Of a stretch of 64,000 nt of DNA, positions 41,921 to 54,373 are shown in pieces. The position numbers and the translations under genes are program-made. Every line of letters starts with the position of its first letter. The first letter of the stretch is position 1. The stretch comes from Octopus sinensis. Lineage: Eukaryota. The notes under the pieces are model-generated. The model made no database searches. It was not told the DNA's origin and worked only from the letters and a program-made list of their open reading frames with translations. Location: assembly GCF_006345805.1 (NCBI RefSeq), contig NC_043006.1:49724001-49788000 (forward strand), read 5' to 3'.

Positions 41921-42047
41921 CATTTACAGGGTAATGTTTTTTAATTTTCTCCTGGTTTACGGAATTGATGTTATTTTGCGGTTTAAGCTTTTGGCTGTTA
42001 TTTCTAGTGGGTGAATGGCCTATTATGGCCGTTCCTTGATTGTGATG

Positions 42048-42114
<67 letters not shown>

Positions 42115-42496
42115 GTGTGCATGAACCTTTTTTGTGCGAGCGTGTATGCGGGTATGTATATTTTTCGGCGAATGTGTGGGTGAGCATGTGTGTTTCAAGT
42201 GAGGGTGGATGAGTATATATTTATAGACGCATGTACGTGAGTTTGCGGGCGCGAATGTGTAGGTATGGACATGTGTGTTTACGCGAATATTATGAACATT
42301 TTACTCCCTTACCTTTAATCCCTACCCTCACTCTTTTGTCTTAATAACGGTCAATCACACAGTAATTTCCCTTCGTTTAACGGTCATTTACATAGCACTT
42401 TTACGATGGCCGGATAACGGAAGAGATGGCGACGTGGGTTTTATCATGACTACCGAATAATTGCCACATATTATAGTTACAGAATATATCTTTACA

Positions 42497-42537
<41 letters not shown>

Positions 42538-42538
42538 T

Positions 42539-42575
<37 letters not shown>

Positions 42576-42841
42576 GTATTATAAATACACAGAGTAGCAG
42601 AAGGTCGTGCTAAGATACAAGACGTGTTAGAAAAAATACGAGTCAAACATGCTCTTATCACATGAAATTAATAGTAGCGCAAAAAAATCGTATATTGTGT
42701 ATATAAAATGATATTTATCGCTCGCCAGATGGAGTTTTTGTTTGTTGATCATACCATTACGGAACAATACACTATATATTTATGTATACATACATACACA
42801 CACACATATACACGCACATACACACACATACAAACACACGC

Positions 42842-42902
<61 letters not shown>

Positions 42903-43074
42903 TATATATATTTTACCGTTTTCATCACAACAGTCCGACGAACGGAACGCGAAACTTTGAGTAGTAGTCTTGTGATAATTTTTCAGTTTTAATAAAAGCA
43001 TATTGCTCTACCCACTGTATTCGAATATCGTTTTTTCACCTTGTTTTGCACTTACGTGCACACCTGTGTTGTAC

Positions 43075-43129
<55 letters not shown>

Positions 43130-43158
43130 CATACCTACATATACATACATATATAATA

Positions 43159-43201
<43 letters not shown>

Positions 43202-43229
43202 TGTGTGTGTGTTATAATAGTGATAAATG

Positions 43230-43900
43230 TGAAAGTGAATGTTAGTGTGTCAGTGTGTCACATTTTTCAACTTTACTCCTCCGACCCACTCTCTCACTAT
43301 TCAATGACACTTCTACTATTCCCCGTGCTTTACCCCTCTCTCGCTAGTTAATGACGCTCCTATTATTCCTTATGCTTTACCCCACTCTTTCCCACTATCC
43401 AATGACTCTTCTACTGTTCTTCATTCTTGGTTTTTTCTTAATCCTAACATTTTGAAAAAATATTTCTCTAAATATTATAACTATTTCCAAACGTAATTTC
43501 CAAAATAAACATTTTGAAAAAATCTTTCTCTAAATATCAGTATCAAGTAATTGAACCACAACACGTGCTTCATGACGTTCGGAACTGAAATACGTATTGA
43601 ACTCACTCTCTCATACAATATTACTTTTCATAGCTCTCTGCCATAAAAACGTTGGATACTTAGTATTTTTTCAGATATTAATAAAATATGTCGGATCTAT
43701 TTTCATGCCGTCGGCCGTCGGAGTTATGGAAACTTAGCGCACTCCGACTGCATGAAAACAGATTCGACTAATATTATTACCTTAAAAATATTTAAAAATA
43801 CTAAATTTCAAATATTTTTGTGGTCAAATACGTTTCGAGCAATTCTAAACCTTAATTGCACTTTTAAATAGTGTTTAGCGACAGTAGTGTAATTTTCCTT
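43230..43900 (+). mobile_element. Non-coding Helitron-associated fragment
   Basis: Inverted homology to 53100-53520 and 53950-54000, which lie upstream of the Helitron Rep remnant. Confidence 0.55.
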
Positions 43901-44065
43901 CAAACTACGAAATGGAGTTTAGATACGTACTAGCTACTACAAATAATTGGTTGTACGAAAAGTAAGGCTCTACGTACATCAAAATGTCTTTAAATTAAGT
44001 GGTAACAGAAAAATTATCGTTGAACTTTTAAAAGGTAAGTTTATTGTTGCCTACGGCCAGTTATA

Positions 44066-44345
44066 TCAGATGTTGCTACACATCGCTGGTCACAATGCAC
44101 TTCGCATTGTTTTAGCCTTCAAATGACGCCACCCCACTGGCTAAGCGAGCAGGCCAACAGAAGAAAGAGTGAAAGAAAGTTGTGGCGAAAGAGTACAGCA
44201 GGGATCGCCACCACCCCCTGCCGGAGCATCGTGGAGCTTTAGGTGTTTTCACTCAATAAACACTCACAATGCCTGGTCTGGGAATCGAAACCGTGATCCT
44301 ACGACCGCGAGTCCGCTACTCTAACAACTGGGCCATTGCGCCTCC
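44066..44345 (-). mobile_element. tRNA-derived SINE (same head as 18981-19300, different tail)
   Basis: GGAGGCGCAATGGCCCAGTTGTTAG...GGTTTCGATTCCCAGACC. Confidence 0.85.
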
Positions 44346-44580
44346 ATATATATATATATATATATATATTAGTCAATTTAGGGTAGCAAAAAATTTATCG
44401 CTACCAGCGGCCTAGTGGAAAAGAGAAAATAGTCAAAGACTAAATATATAAATATAACAATTTAGGAGTGACCCTTAACAAGCCATTCGTCCACCAGAAA
44501 GAGCAGCCATAACTCACACCGCCAAGTAGTAGTGATTCAGAAATTAGGTGAAAATTTAAAAACATTTACCCTAATTCAAC

Positions 44581-44678
44581 TTTTAGACGATGCATCGTTT
44601 CTGTGTTATTAATGATTAAATTAGCTTAATTAAATTAAATTAAGCTAATCTACCATAGGTCACACTTCATCAGTAAAA
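44581..44678 (-). ncRNA. Type I hammerhead ribozyme in pLTR (second copy at 45040-45135 lacks one A of GAAA)
   Basis: TTTTA-CTGATGA-AGTGT...ACACA-GAAAC-GATGCATC-GTC-TAAAA; perfect palindrome ACGATGCATCGT; GUC triplet. Confidence 0.85.
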
Positions 44679-45319
44679 AACCTGGGAGAGACAAATATAC
44701 ACGAGGCGTCTGTATCGATGCCTCCGGAATATCTGTCTTAAAATTTTCAAGACGACGTATTCGCGCAAACTTATCAGCAGTAAATCTAAACTGCCTATTC
44801 AATCTCAGAATTATTCAGAAAATTATCAATTAGTCAATTAGGGTAGCAAAAAATTTATCGCTACCAGCGGCCTAGTGGAAAAGAGAAAATAGTCAAAGAC
44901 TAAATATATAAATATAACAATTTAGGAGTGACCCTTAACAGGCCTTCGTCCACCAGAAAGAGCAGCCATAACTCACACCGCAAAGTAGTAGTAATTCAGA
45001 AAAATTAGGTGAAAATTTAAAAACATTACCTAATTCAACTTTTAGACGATGCATCGTTCTGTGTTATTAATGATAAATTAAGCTTAATTAAATTAATTAA
45101 GCTAATCTACCATAGGTCACACTTCATCAGTAAAAAAACCTGGGAGAGACAAATATACACGAGGCGTCTGTATCGATGCCTCCGGAATATCTGTCTTAAA
45201 ATTTTCAAGACCGACGTATTCGCGCCAAACTTATCAGCAGTAAATATAAACTGCCGATTCAATCTCAGAATTATTCAGAAAATTATCAATAGTTTAGGTA
45301 GCAGGTTTCTCCCCAGGTT

Positions 45320-45412
45320 TTTTACTGATGAGTGTGACCTATGGTAGATTAGCTAATTTAATTTAATTAAGCTAATTAATCATTAATAACAGAAACGATG
45401 CATCGTCTAAAA
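45320..45412 (+). ncRNA. Type I hammerhead ribozyme immediately upstream of the PLE coding region
   Basis: TTTTACTGATGAG...GAAACGATGCATCGTCTAAAA. Confidence 0.8.
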
Positions 45413-45455
45413 GTTGAATTAGGGTAAATGTTTTTAAATTTTCACCTAATTTCTG

Positions 45456-47478
45456 ATGTAATTAAGCGTATGAGATGGAAGGTTTCTTTTTGACACAGAA
45501 GCGAACACCAAGGAAAACATTTGCTATCGGATAAAATCCAAAAAAATTCCCTCCTAGGATTAAAGGCTTGGAAGATTTCGAAGCCGACCTGCTGAAGATC
45601 ATGAGCAAAATAAAGTTTCGTAAGTCTTTTAACAATTTCCAACATAAATTGAAAAAAGATATGATCATATAAAAAGCTCCAAAGAAAAAGCACTTTTTTC
45701 GGATAAAACCAAGAACTTATACCTGGTAGATAACAGCAAATACACACAACTCTTACACAACAGCATCATTAATAATTATACTAAGGCTAGGGCACCGACA
45801 TATAACGAAATTAATAAAGAAGTAGCGTCATCGCCGCTAAACTTAAATTAGATAAAAAAATAGAAACCCTCCCCAAAAAGAGGCCTTTATTACTATTAAA
45901 GACCACAAAGAAAACTTCCTTTCCAACCCTAAATGTAGGCTTTCAACCCAGCCAAGTCAGAACTAGGGATTATTAGCAAAGAATTTTAGATAAAATAAAT
46001 ACGAAAATTAAGACCGATACTAGGCTAGTGCAATGGTCCAATAGTATAGAAGTCGTAGACTGGTTTAAAGCTATTAAAATAAGAAAAAGCGAGGTTTACA
46101 CAATTCGATATTGTTGATTTTTATGCCTCTATCTCTAAAGAACTCTAGATAAAGCCCTAATCTTCGCTAGTGACTTCATAGAAATTAGTACCAATGATAA
46201 GGATATAATCTTCTGCTAGAAAGACATTACTTTTCAGTGAGAATGCAAAGTGGGTAAAAAACACCGACACGGAGGGCGCTTTCGACGTGAGCATGGGTTC
46301 ATATGATGGGGCAGGCATCTGTGATCTAATTGGACTCTTTCTCCTAGATACCTTCGTGTAAGACATTCCCTAACGTACATTTCGCCATCTACAAAGATGA
46401 TGCCCTCGCCTTAACAGCTAATACAAATGGACCAGCACAAGATCGTTTTAGGAGGAAGGATTTATCCAGTTAATGAAACACTTCGGACTTAGTATAACTA
46501 TAGACACTAACCTGACGGTTGTAATTTCTTAGACGTTTCCTTAGATCTTAATAATAATATTTATAAGCCTTATAGGAAGCCCAATGATAGACTAAGTTAT
46601 ATTAATGTAGGTTCATGCCATCCCCCTATAGTATTCAAAAATTTAGTTAAAAATATTAGTAAGAGATTTCTAGCCTCTCATCTAATGAGAGACATCTTCA
46701 ATAGCGTTGCCCCAGTTTATAATAAAGCTTTAAAAGTAGTGGTTTTTAGCGAAAAAATAAAATATACACCTATCACAGCCCAACAATAAGGAAAAGGAAT
46801 AATAGAAATAGGAAGGTCATCTGGTTTACGCCGCCCCCTACTCACCCGAGGTGGCCTTCAATATAGGTAAATATTTCCTAGCACTGATAGATAGACATTT
46901 TCCAGTTAACCATGCTTATAGGAAACTCTTTAATAGACAACAATTTAAAAATTAGTTTTAGTTCAACTACCAATTTAAAAACATAATCATCATAACATAC
47001 AAAAAACAAAGAAGAAAACAGCTGTTCATGCAGGAATAAAGAATTGTGCCCGCTAAATGGAGCTTGCATGTCCAAGACCATCATATATGAAGCTACCGTA
47101 AACTCTATAACCACTAAAGACCACGTTTCGACGAAGAAATACGTGGGCCTGACAGAGGGTAATTTCAAGGCCAGGTTCAATAACCACACTTGAGCTTTAG
47201 GCACTGGAACAAAGAAAAGCGACACAATTATCCAATCATATTTGGTCTTTAAGAGATAAAGGTGTCGATTATAACATACAATGGAAGATTTTGGCCAATG
47301 TAAGCCCTATACTAACGGCAGCGGAAGGTGCGGTTTATGCGACATGGAGAGATGGCTTATCTGGAAAAGCAGCTTAGACCCTACCACATGTCTAAATACA
47401 AGGACAGAGCTTTTCGGATCATGCCCACATGTGACTAAATTCTGTTACGTTTTTTGGTCCCCTAAAGAAAACGGATAG
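45456..47478 (+). pseudogene. Frameshifted PLE reverse transcriptase plus C-terminal GIY-YIG endonuclease (Naiad-type)
   Basis: IKRMRWK, ITIKDHKENFLSNPKCRL, QFDIVDFYASIS, FDVSMGSYDGAGIC, YKDDAL, NFLDV, PYRKPND, SCHPP, CSCRNKELCPLNGAC, IIYEA...YVGLTEGNFKARFNNH, CGLCDME, LNTRTELFGSCPH. Confidence 0.92.
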
Positions 47479-47827
47479 AACATGCTTTCTGTGTTGTCCC
47501 AAAAGATTTTATATATTTTTATATGTTTTATATATTTTTATGTATTTTTATATAATTTTATGACGAAAAATGCGAGCGATGTATAAGTACGCAGGCAAAG
47601 CAGAGTTATAACAGAGTAATTTCCCTTCATTTTTAACGGTATTTTTTCATAACGTTTTCAAATAGCCAGATAACCGCGAAGAGATGGTGTTGTGGATTTC
47701 CACTTCGGCATCTGAAATCAGAGTTTTATCTTGACTACCGAGTAATGTAACATATTGTATAGATAAATTTCCTCTATTTACATAATATTGAGGTCTCTTT
47801 CTTTCTTTTGTTATCTTACCGTTTTAT

Positions 47828-47917
<90 letters not shown>

Positions 47918-47977
47918 CTATAATATATATTATATATATATAATATATATATACATACATATATATATTTAAACTCT

Positions 47978-48265
47978 GTAATATAATATGTGACAGTTAT
48001 TAATTATTCGGCTGCCATAATAAGAGTCCAAGTCTCGGATGTCGGGGCGGAAAACTGCTCCAGCATCTCGCCAGTTATCGAGGCAATCAAAAAAATGCTA
48101 TGAAAATGACCGATAAACAAAGGTTTTTTCCCCTCATTTAACGGTCATTTTCATAGCCTTTCTTGATTTCCTCGGTAACTGACGAGATGCCGGAGCAATT
48201 TTCCGGCCCGGCATCCGAAACTCGGAGTCTTATTATGGCAACCGAATAATTGTCACATATGTTAC
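47978..48265. repeat. ~290-bp imperfect palindrome (inverted pLTR pair); related degraded copies at 47605-47757 and 42345-42482
   Basis: Arms ATATGTGACA...GAAAATGACCG and CGGTCATTTTC...TGTCACATAT. Confidence 0.85.
48174..48234 (+). ncRNA. Type I hammerhead ribozyme, GC-rich helix II
   Basis: GGTAA-CTGACGA-GATGCCGG...CCGGCATC-C-GAAAC-TCGGA-GTC-TTATT; predicted cut after 48229. Confidence 0.82.
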
Positions 48266-48317
48266 CATTACTATTACTATTAATATGCATGCATACATAC
48301 ATACATACATACATACA

Positions 48318-48400
<83 letters not shown>

Positions 48401-50689
48401 AATATATATATATAATATATATTAATATATGTATGTATGTATATATAAATATATATAGACACTTCTATCACGCAAAAGACTACCACCATCACCCAATCTT
48501 ACGATCATCAGTACCGCTATCGCCATCACCACTACCTTTATCATGACAAAATATCTTCAGCTCTTCCATCTCGAATAAGACAATAACGCATTCGCCACTA
48601 TTTCCATTTGGTTAACATTATCTTGCAGTATTCAAATATTCAAATTTGAATTCATATATAAACAAAAGACTGTTTAAGCCTTAAGACCAAATTAATAAAT
48701 CAGTAAGGCTTCAGCCGAAATTATAACAAAAATTGGGCCCTATAAAGCGATTCTAAATATGTCCTAATGTATAGCTAAAAATGGTGTCAAGTAGCAAATG
48801 CGTATATAAATAAAAGCATTGGTTTGATGGGCACCCAAAGAAAATCTGAGGCATATCTGGCCCCGCAAATATGTCAAATATAAAGCCGTGTCGCAAAAAT
48901 GTTTGAAGTATTTGAGATAAGCACTGGAGGATCAGATGGCAAGGCTCTGAGAATGAATACTAAAGGTAGAGTTACGTTGGACATACCGAGAAAGCGATAG
49001 CCTGCGCTGTCAATTTACATCTGGTGCAAAACAGTTGTTGGTGAGCTGATAAAAAGTCTTACTTGGTGTTTGGTAGATAGTTACTGAAGATCGATCTGAA
49101 TTGCTTTGAATCGTCGAAATTTTATTTTTCCAATTAAAGAGTTAAAATAGCTTCACCATCCTAAAATATCACATTTTTGACATTTATTTTGTCTACTAGA
49201 TATGATTAATGATGACTGACATTCAATGTGAATTGAAGTATTGTCTAGTCAAGTTGTCGAGTGTCATCACTAATTAAATGTTGAAATGATGGCAATATTT
49301 GTGGTTCAGTTGCCCATTGTAAACGTTTTTAAATCATTGTTGTAGAAGAATATAAAAATAACCTCCTCTGCAAAGGCTGGTGCTAATAACAGAAAGAAAA
49401 TTACCGCAAAGCATTTGTTTGGCCGTTGAAAAAAATGGACGGATAATGGAAATATGTGGAAAGTGCGTCTTTCTAAACATTCGCCAGCGGTTTATAAAGA
49501 CTACAATCTTAGACGTCATTGTTTTATCAAGTATAAAAAAAATTGGAAAACACGAAGCAGACATTATAAAAAGAACCTTTATGAAAACAGTCATCTATTT
49601 TCGAAAGTTATGGTAATTAAATGAAAATACTTGTGTAACGCAAATTAGTGAAAAAGTTCGTGACTTAATGACAAAATTTGTCAAACTAAAATCGAAGGTG
49701 GGTTTTTAATTCGTGTTTAATTGCTGATGCATAAATTTTAATTCTAGAAAATGTCAGATCATTTTAGAATAATAATTTATGACGAAAGACAGTATCTATC
49801 CATATGAAATCTTGGCTAATGATATTCAAGTATCATCACTGAGTGTGACTCTTATTCTTATCGGCTTCAAGTAAGAAAGGACGAGTTCAATGGCATAATG
49901 AAAATCACCAAAAAATTTGTGATTTAATCGATAGTTGTAGATGAGTTAGATATAGTAAATATGGCGCAGCTAGCTATACGTGTTTGGGAGAGCAGCAAAC
50001 TTCAGTATACGTAAAGATTTACTTGCTTGGCTGTATCAAGGGAATTCTAATAACTTGACGCTACTTCACTGGGGCACAAACATATCTTAGGGGTAGAGAA
50101 GTTCGCTTCGCAAATACATGATTCAATCTCACAGCACACCTCGGGTCGACTAAAGCCTGTGTGAGAAATTCAGTTGACGGAAATTATGTAGAGGCCTGAC
50201 AGAGGGATTGTTCATAATCGTGAGTATGAGATTTAAACTGCTACCCGGTTAAACACATTCGTCTAGCAGGATGTTGTCTTTATTGCAAAACATTGTTTCA
50301 TTTGGGCCAGTATCCCTTCTGTGGATGGTTCCCTCTCTTCCTGCCATCTGTCTGCGAGGCCCTAAACAATAGTTTTTACCTCTGAGTGAACTTTTGACGT
50401 AAATAACAAAGAAAACTTTCAACGCCAAAATTGATTGACATGTTCCTCAAGAATGAACAGTGTGATAAAAATGGTAACAAATTATTTTAACTTATTAAAA
50501 ATAAGGAATTTGACAACAGAAAATTCATAGAAACTAGCTGAATCACCGCCCTCCGAGCGGTCGATTCAGATAGTGCTTGTCTAAATTCATGTTCGTAGCT
50601 TGAAAGTAAAAAGTGAAACTTACTATAATTTTCTTAAAGAATTTCCTTATAGACAACGTTGTCAGTGTATATTCCTTTCATACCTTTAT

Positions 50690-50922
50690 ACCTATTTCTT
50701 TACTACCCACAAGGGGCTAAACACAGAGAGGACAAACAAGGACAGACAAACGAATTAAGTCGATTATATCGACCCCAGTGCGTAACTGGTACTTATTTAA
50801 TCGACCCCGAAAGGATGAAAGGCAAAGTCGACCTCGGCGGAAGTTGAACTCAGAACGTAGCGGCAGACGAAATACTGCTAAGCATTTCGCCCGGCGTGCT
50901 AACGATTTTGCCAGCTCGCCGT
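50690..50922 (-). mobile_element. Young Meta-core SINE at the truncated end of the Helitron remnant
   Basis: Near-identical to 39361-39598. Confidence 0.85.
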
Positions 50923-50924
50923 GA

Positions 50925-53060
50925 GTCCAAAGCCAATATATGCACGTTGTTTCTAGGACCAAACAGGGCTTCCGTTATCTCAGTCCACTTTGGGCTGGTT
51001 GTCATAGTGATGAAGTAGTCTGGCTTTCCAAACTCTCTCACCAGAGCCATTCCAGCTTGGAAATACTCCCTGTAAAACCGAAGAGAACCAATATGTGATG
51101 GCGGAAAAATGATTTTAGACCCTACGTCATTCATGTCACCATTTGCAATAGCATCCAGAAGGCCCTGGTACTTTTCAGCCTTAAGTTGTTTCTGATGAGT
51201 TCTCAGGAAGTGTAATCGATCTTGCTCTATCTTTGCATATTGATCTACTGCCTATTGTTACATCAGACGTCTACTTTTCATTATGCCATTGAACTCGTCC
51301 TTTCTTACTTGAAGCCGATAAGAATAAGAGTCACACTCAGTGATGTTTTTGCTTCGGTCATTGTTTTTCAAGAACACATTCCAGCCAATATCCCCATAGG
51401 GAAACAGAAGTATATAATGAAGAGGGTCAGAGCTTCTATGGATTTGACTAATGTAGTCTAACTTCCTATTACTCTCTCTGTACTGAATAATATCATCCGT
51501 AGGTTTAATGTTTGGCTTATTGGTATCATCTCCCTCCATGATCGCAACAACCTCTGATGCAGTCGGTTGGTTATAGATTCTCTAATGTGATCCAGCAGGA
51601 ATAAACCGTTTGTCATGACTTATAATAATATCACCGGTAAAACATTTTCCTGTTGCAGAGTATTCCTTATTTATATTAATCGCCTGTTTAAAACTTTTGA
51701 CATATGGATTGTGCATATGCAGTACTCTCTTCAAATCTAGCAGGATGTTCTAATTAAGGTCATTATCAGCTCCTCGATGTCAACCTGTTTCTCATCTCAT
51801 TTTCAGTGTCAACGAAATATAGCTGTGCGTAGACTGCTAGTAGGAAACTTCCTATGCGGTGGTACACCTTTCCTTGAATCTTGAAAGTAGGCATAAAAGT
51901 GCTACCACCCTGTGGTTCAACTGGTGGATTATCCAGTCCAAGTGAAGCCATAGCCAGTAAATTATTGTAGTCACGAATTTTGTTCAGAAGCATTTGACCG
52001 CTTAGATTAACATCATAATACTTAGTTATTAATTCTGGGGGCTTTTTTATCTGAGGAACTTTGTCATTGCTAACTTTTCCTTTGTCACAGCAGAGGGTAA
52101 TTTTCTCAGCAACCCAGAGGTAAGCTTTCCAGTAAGGGCATGTTCTGTTAAAAATGTTTCCACAGTTGTGCAACATAAGGCTGGGTTTCGTTCTTCCTCA
52201 TGAAAATCTGCTACATCAACTTTCATAGCCATTCTCTCAGTGTCAGCTGACGAAATCTCGATTGGTATCGTGCCTGGTTGTTTGCTTGTCGCTGCTGAAT
52301 TTTTGGCAGCGATGTGCTTTCCCTAGAGCAGTGCTTTTCAAACTTTTTGCTGGAGCGGAACCCCAAGGAAACATTCCACTGGCTCGAAGAACCCCTGTGC
52401 AATAATTTAATAGTCTTATGCACACATATCTGCACAGGAGAATTAAAAATTACTGCCGATTTTAGCAGTTTTGTAACTTCTTGCGGAACCTCTGGACTGT
52501 ACTGGCGGAACCCTAGGTTGAAAACCACTGCCCTAGAGTCTTGTTTCCTCAGCCGATCAGTATTCCTCCGTGCTTCTGTGGTGTTTCCATTGCACGGCTT
52601 TTCTCTGTTCTCAGCCGATTCACATTCCTCCCTACTTCTGTTTTTCTGGTCTTTCCATTGCACGAATTTCCCGTGTTACCATCCGATTCACAGTCCTCCG
52701 TGCTTCTGAATCTTCTGGTCTTTCCATTGCACAAGCTTCCTGTCACCTCAGCCAATCTGCATTTCTCGGTGCTTCTGTCTCTTCTGGTGTTTCCATTGCT
52801 GAAATGTCTTGCATTCTCCTTCGCTTTATTTCGAGACACTGAGAAGAGCTACGTCCTTGTCTGTTTTTTTCAATTAACGCCCGTTGGCTTTGCTCAGCGA
52901 TCTTATGTGAACGAGAATTTTTTCGGGACAGGTTGTTGCCCTTTTTTTCTGGGCATAGTGTACTGATGAAAGCGTGATTATTTATGACAATTATACAGTG
53001 AAAGTTTTGAGACGATTCAGCTAGTATTTGAGCTAATTTCTCTGAACGAGAAGTTTTCAC
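50925..53060 (-). pseudogene. Helitron Rep/helicase N-terminal region, decayed
   Basis: CPYWKA...CCDKGKV, IRDYNNLLAMASLG, PTFKIQGKVYHRIGS, YAQLYFVD, DPLHYILLFPYG, FPPSHIGSLRF...FGKPDYFITMTTSPKWTEI (Rep motif 1). Imperfect ~50-70-bp coding repeats at 52560-52800. Confidence 0.92.
52329..52530. mobile_element. hAT (Charlie-like) MITE inserted in the Helitron
   Basis: Termini CAGTGCTTTTCAA / TTGAAAACCACTG; exact 8-bp TSD CCCTAGAG at 52321-52328 and 52531-52538. Confidence 0.92.
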
Positions 53061-53644
53061 GGTATTTATTATAAATATTTACCTTAGGTATTTATTTACA
53101 ATTACACCACTCTCGCTAAACACTATTTTAAAGTGCGCTTTTTATGTCGTTGAATTGCTCTAAACGAATTTTACCATAAAAATGTCGGAAATTTAGTATT
53201 TTTAAGGTAATAATAATAGAATTAGTCGAACCTATTTTTCTGCAGTCGAATGTGAAAAGTTTCCGAAATTTCCACATTTGTTACGTCTGCTATTTCAGAA
53301 TTCTGCGCATGCGTGAAACATCAGACGAGAGTACATTCAATAACATATTCATACACGGAACTACGTATAACTAAAGCCCAGACGGTCGAGGGCATGAAAA
53401 TAGGTCCGATATATTTTATTATCTTAAAAAATACTAAATTTCCAACATTCTTATGGTAAAATTCGTTTAAAGCAATTTAGTAACATAAAAATTGCACTTT
53501 AAGATAGTGTTTAGCAAGTATGGTGTATTTGTAATTTCCACCGAAGACTAAGTTTTTAATTTATTTATTTTGCATAATGACATCAATAGAGACATTTGAA
53601 AGAATGCAACTGGTTAAGAGAGAATGAAGTAAGAGAAGTAAATA

Positions 53645-53689
<45 letters not shown>

Positions 53690-53848
53690 GAGAGGTTTAT
53701 GAGAGGTAACACTGTATGAGAGAGTGAGTTCAATACGTAATATATATATGTGAGAGAGAAACATCAAAGTAACACCGACGGAGACATGGAAAAGTGTGCA
53801 ACCGGTTAAGAGAGAGTGAGTTAAGAGAAGCAGTAAATATGTAGGAGG

Positions 53849-53884
<36 letters not shown>

Positions 53885-54373
53885 ATGAGAGGTAACGTTG
53901 TATGCAATTCTGTCAATTGCCACTCGTCACACTGGAGCTTTCAATAAGTGAAAGAGGTAATAAGCATGAGGAATAGTAGAAGAGTAATTGAATAGTGAGA
54001 AAAGGGTAATTCGTTTTGTCGGATTTTACCAGACTAGAACCGGGCTGGTAAATTTTCGTGAATCCCATATAGATGTTGACATTCTCCGGATACCCTCGAT
54101 TCCTCATGCCAAGTTTGGTCAAAATCGGTTGAGCGAAAGCAATGTAGCCACAAAGTCAGGGATCGGTTTCATATACACTTAGTATTTGAATGCGGTACCC
54201 TCAGAATGGACCTGGACCGTTTAATTTTCGGGAATCCCACATAAATGCTGATTCTCTCCCGGTACCTATGGTTCCTCGTGCAAAGTTTTGTCGAAATCGG
54301 TCCAGTGGTTGCAGATGAGTTTGGTAACAAAATTTTGACACACACACACACACACGTAAGTAGCGCAACTAAA

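Larger units (their letters stand above)
40154..42046. mobile_element. ORF-less tandem pLTR/retrozyme-like array: ~2.9 direct units of 488-489 bp plus one inverted unit
   Basis: Units start at 40154, 40642 and 41131; inverted permuted unit at 41562-42046; (TA)n on both sides; one HHR per unit. Confidence 0.9.
44368..47560 (+). mobile_element. Penelope-like element, Naiad-type: two tandem 461-bp inverted pLTRs, a partial sense pLTR and an RT/GIY-YIG region
   Basis: pLTR units at 44368 and 44829, opposite-orientation partial copy at 45306-45455 fused to the coding region; inserted in (TA)n. Confidence 0.9.

Noticed and set aside
47180-47200. TGA in the Naiad endonuclease region as selenocysteine
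   Set aside because: Not at a conserved Cys position; better explained by a 1-nt frameshift. No SECIS recognised.
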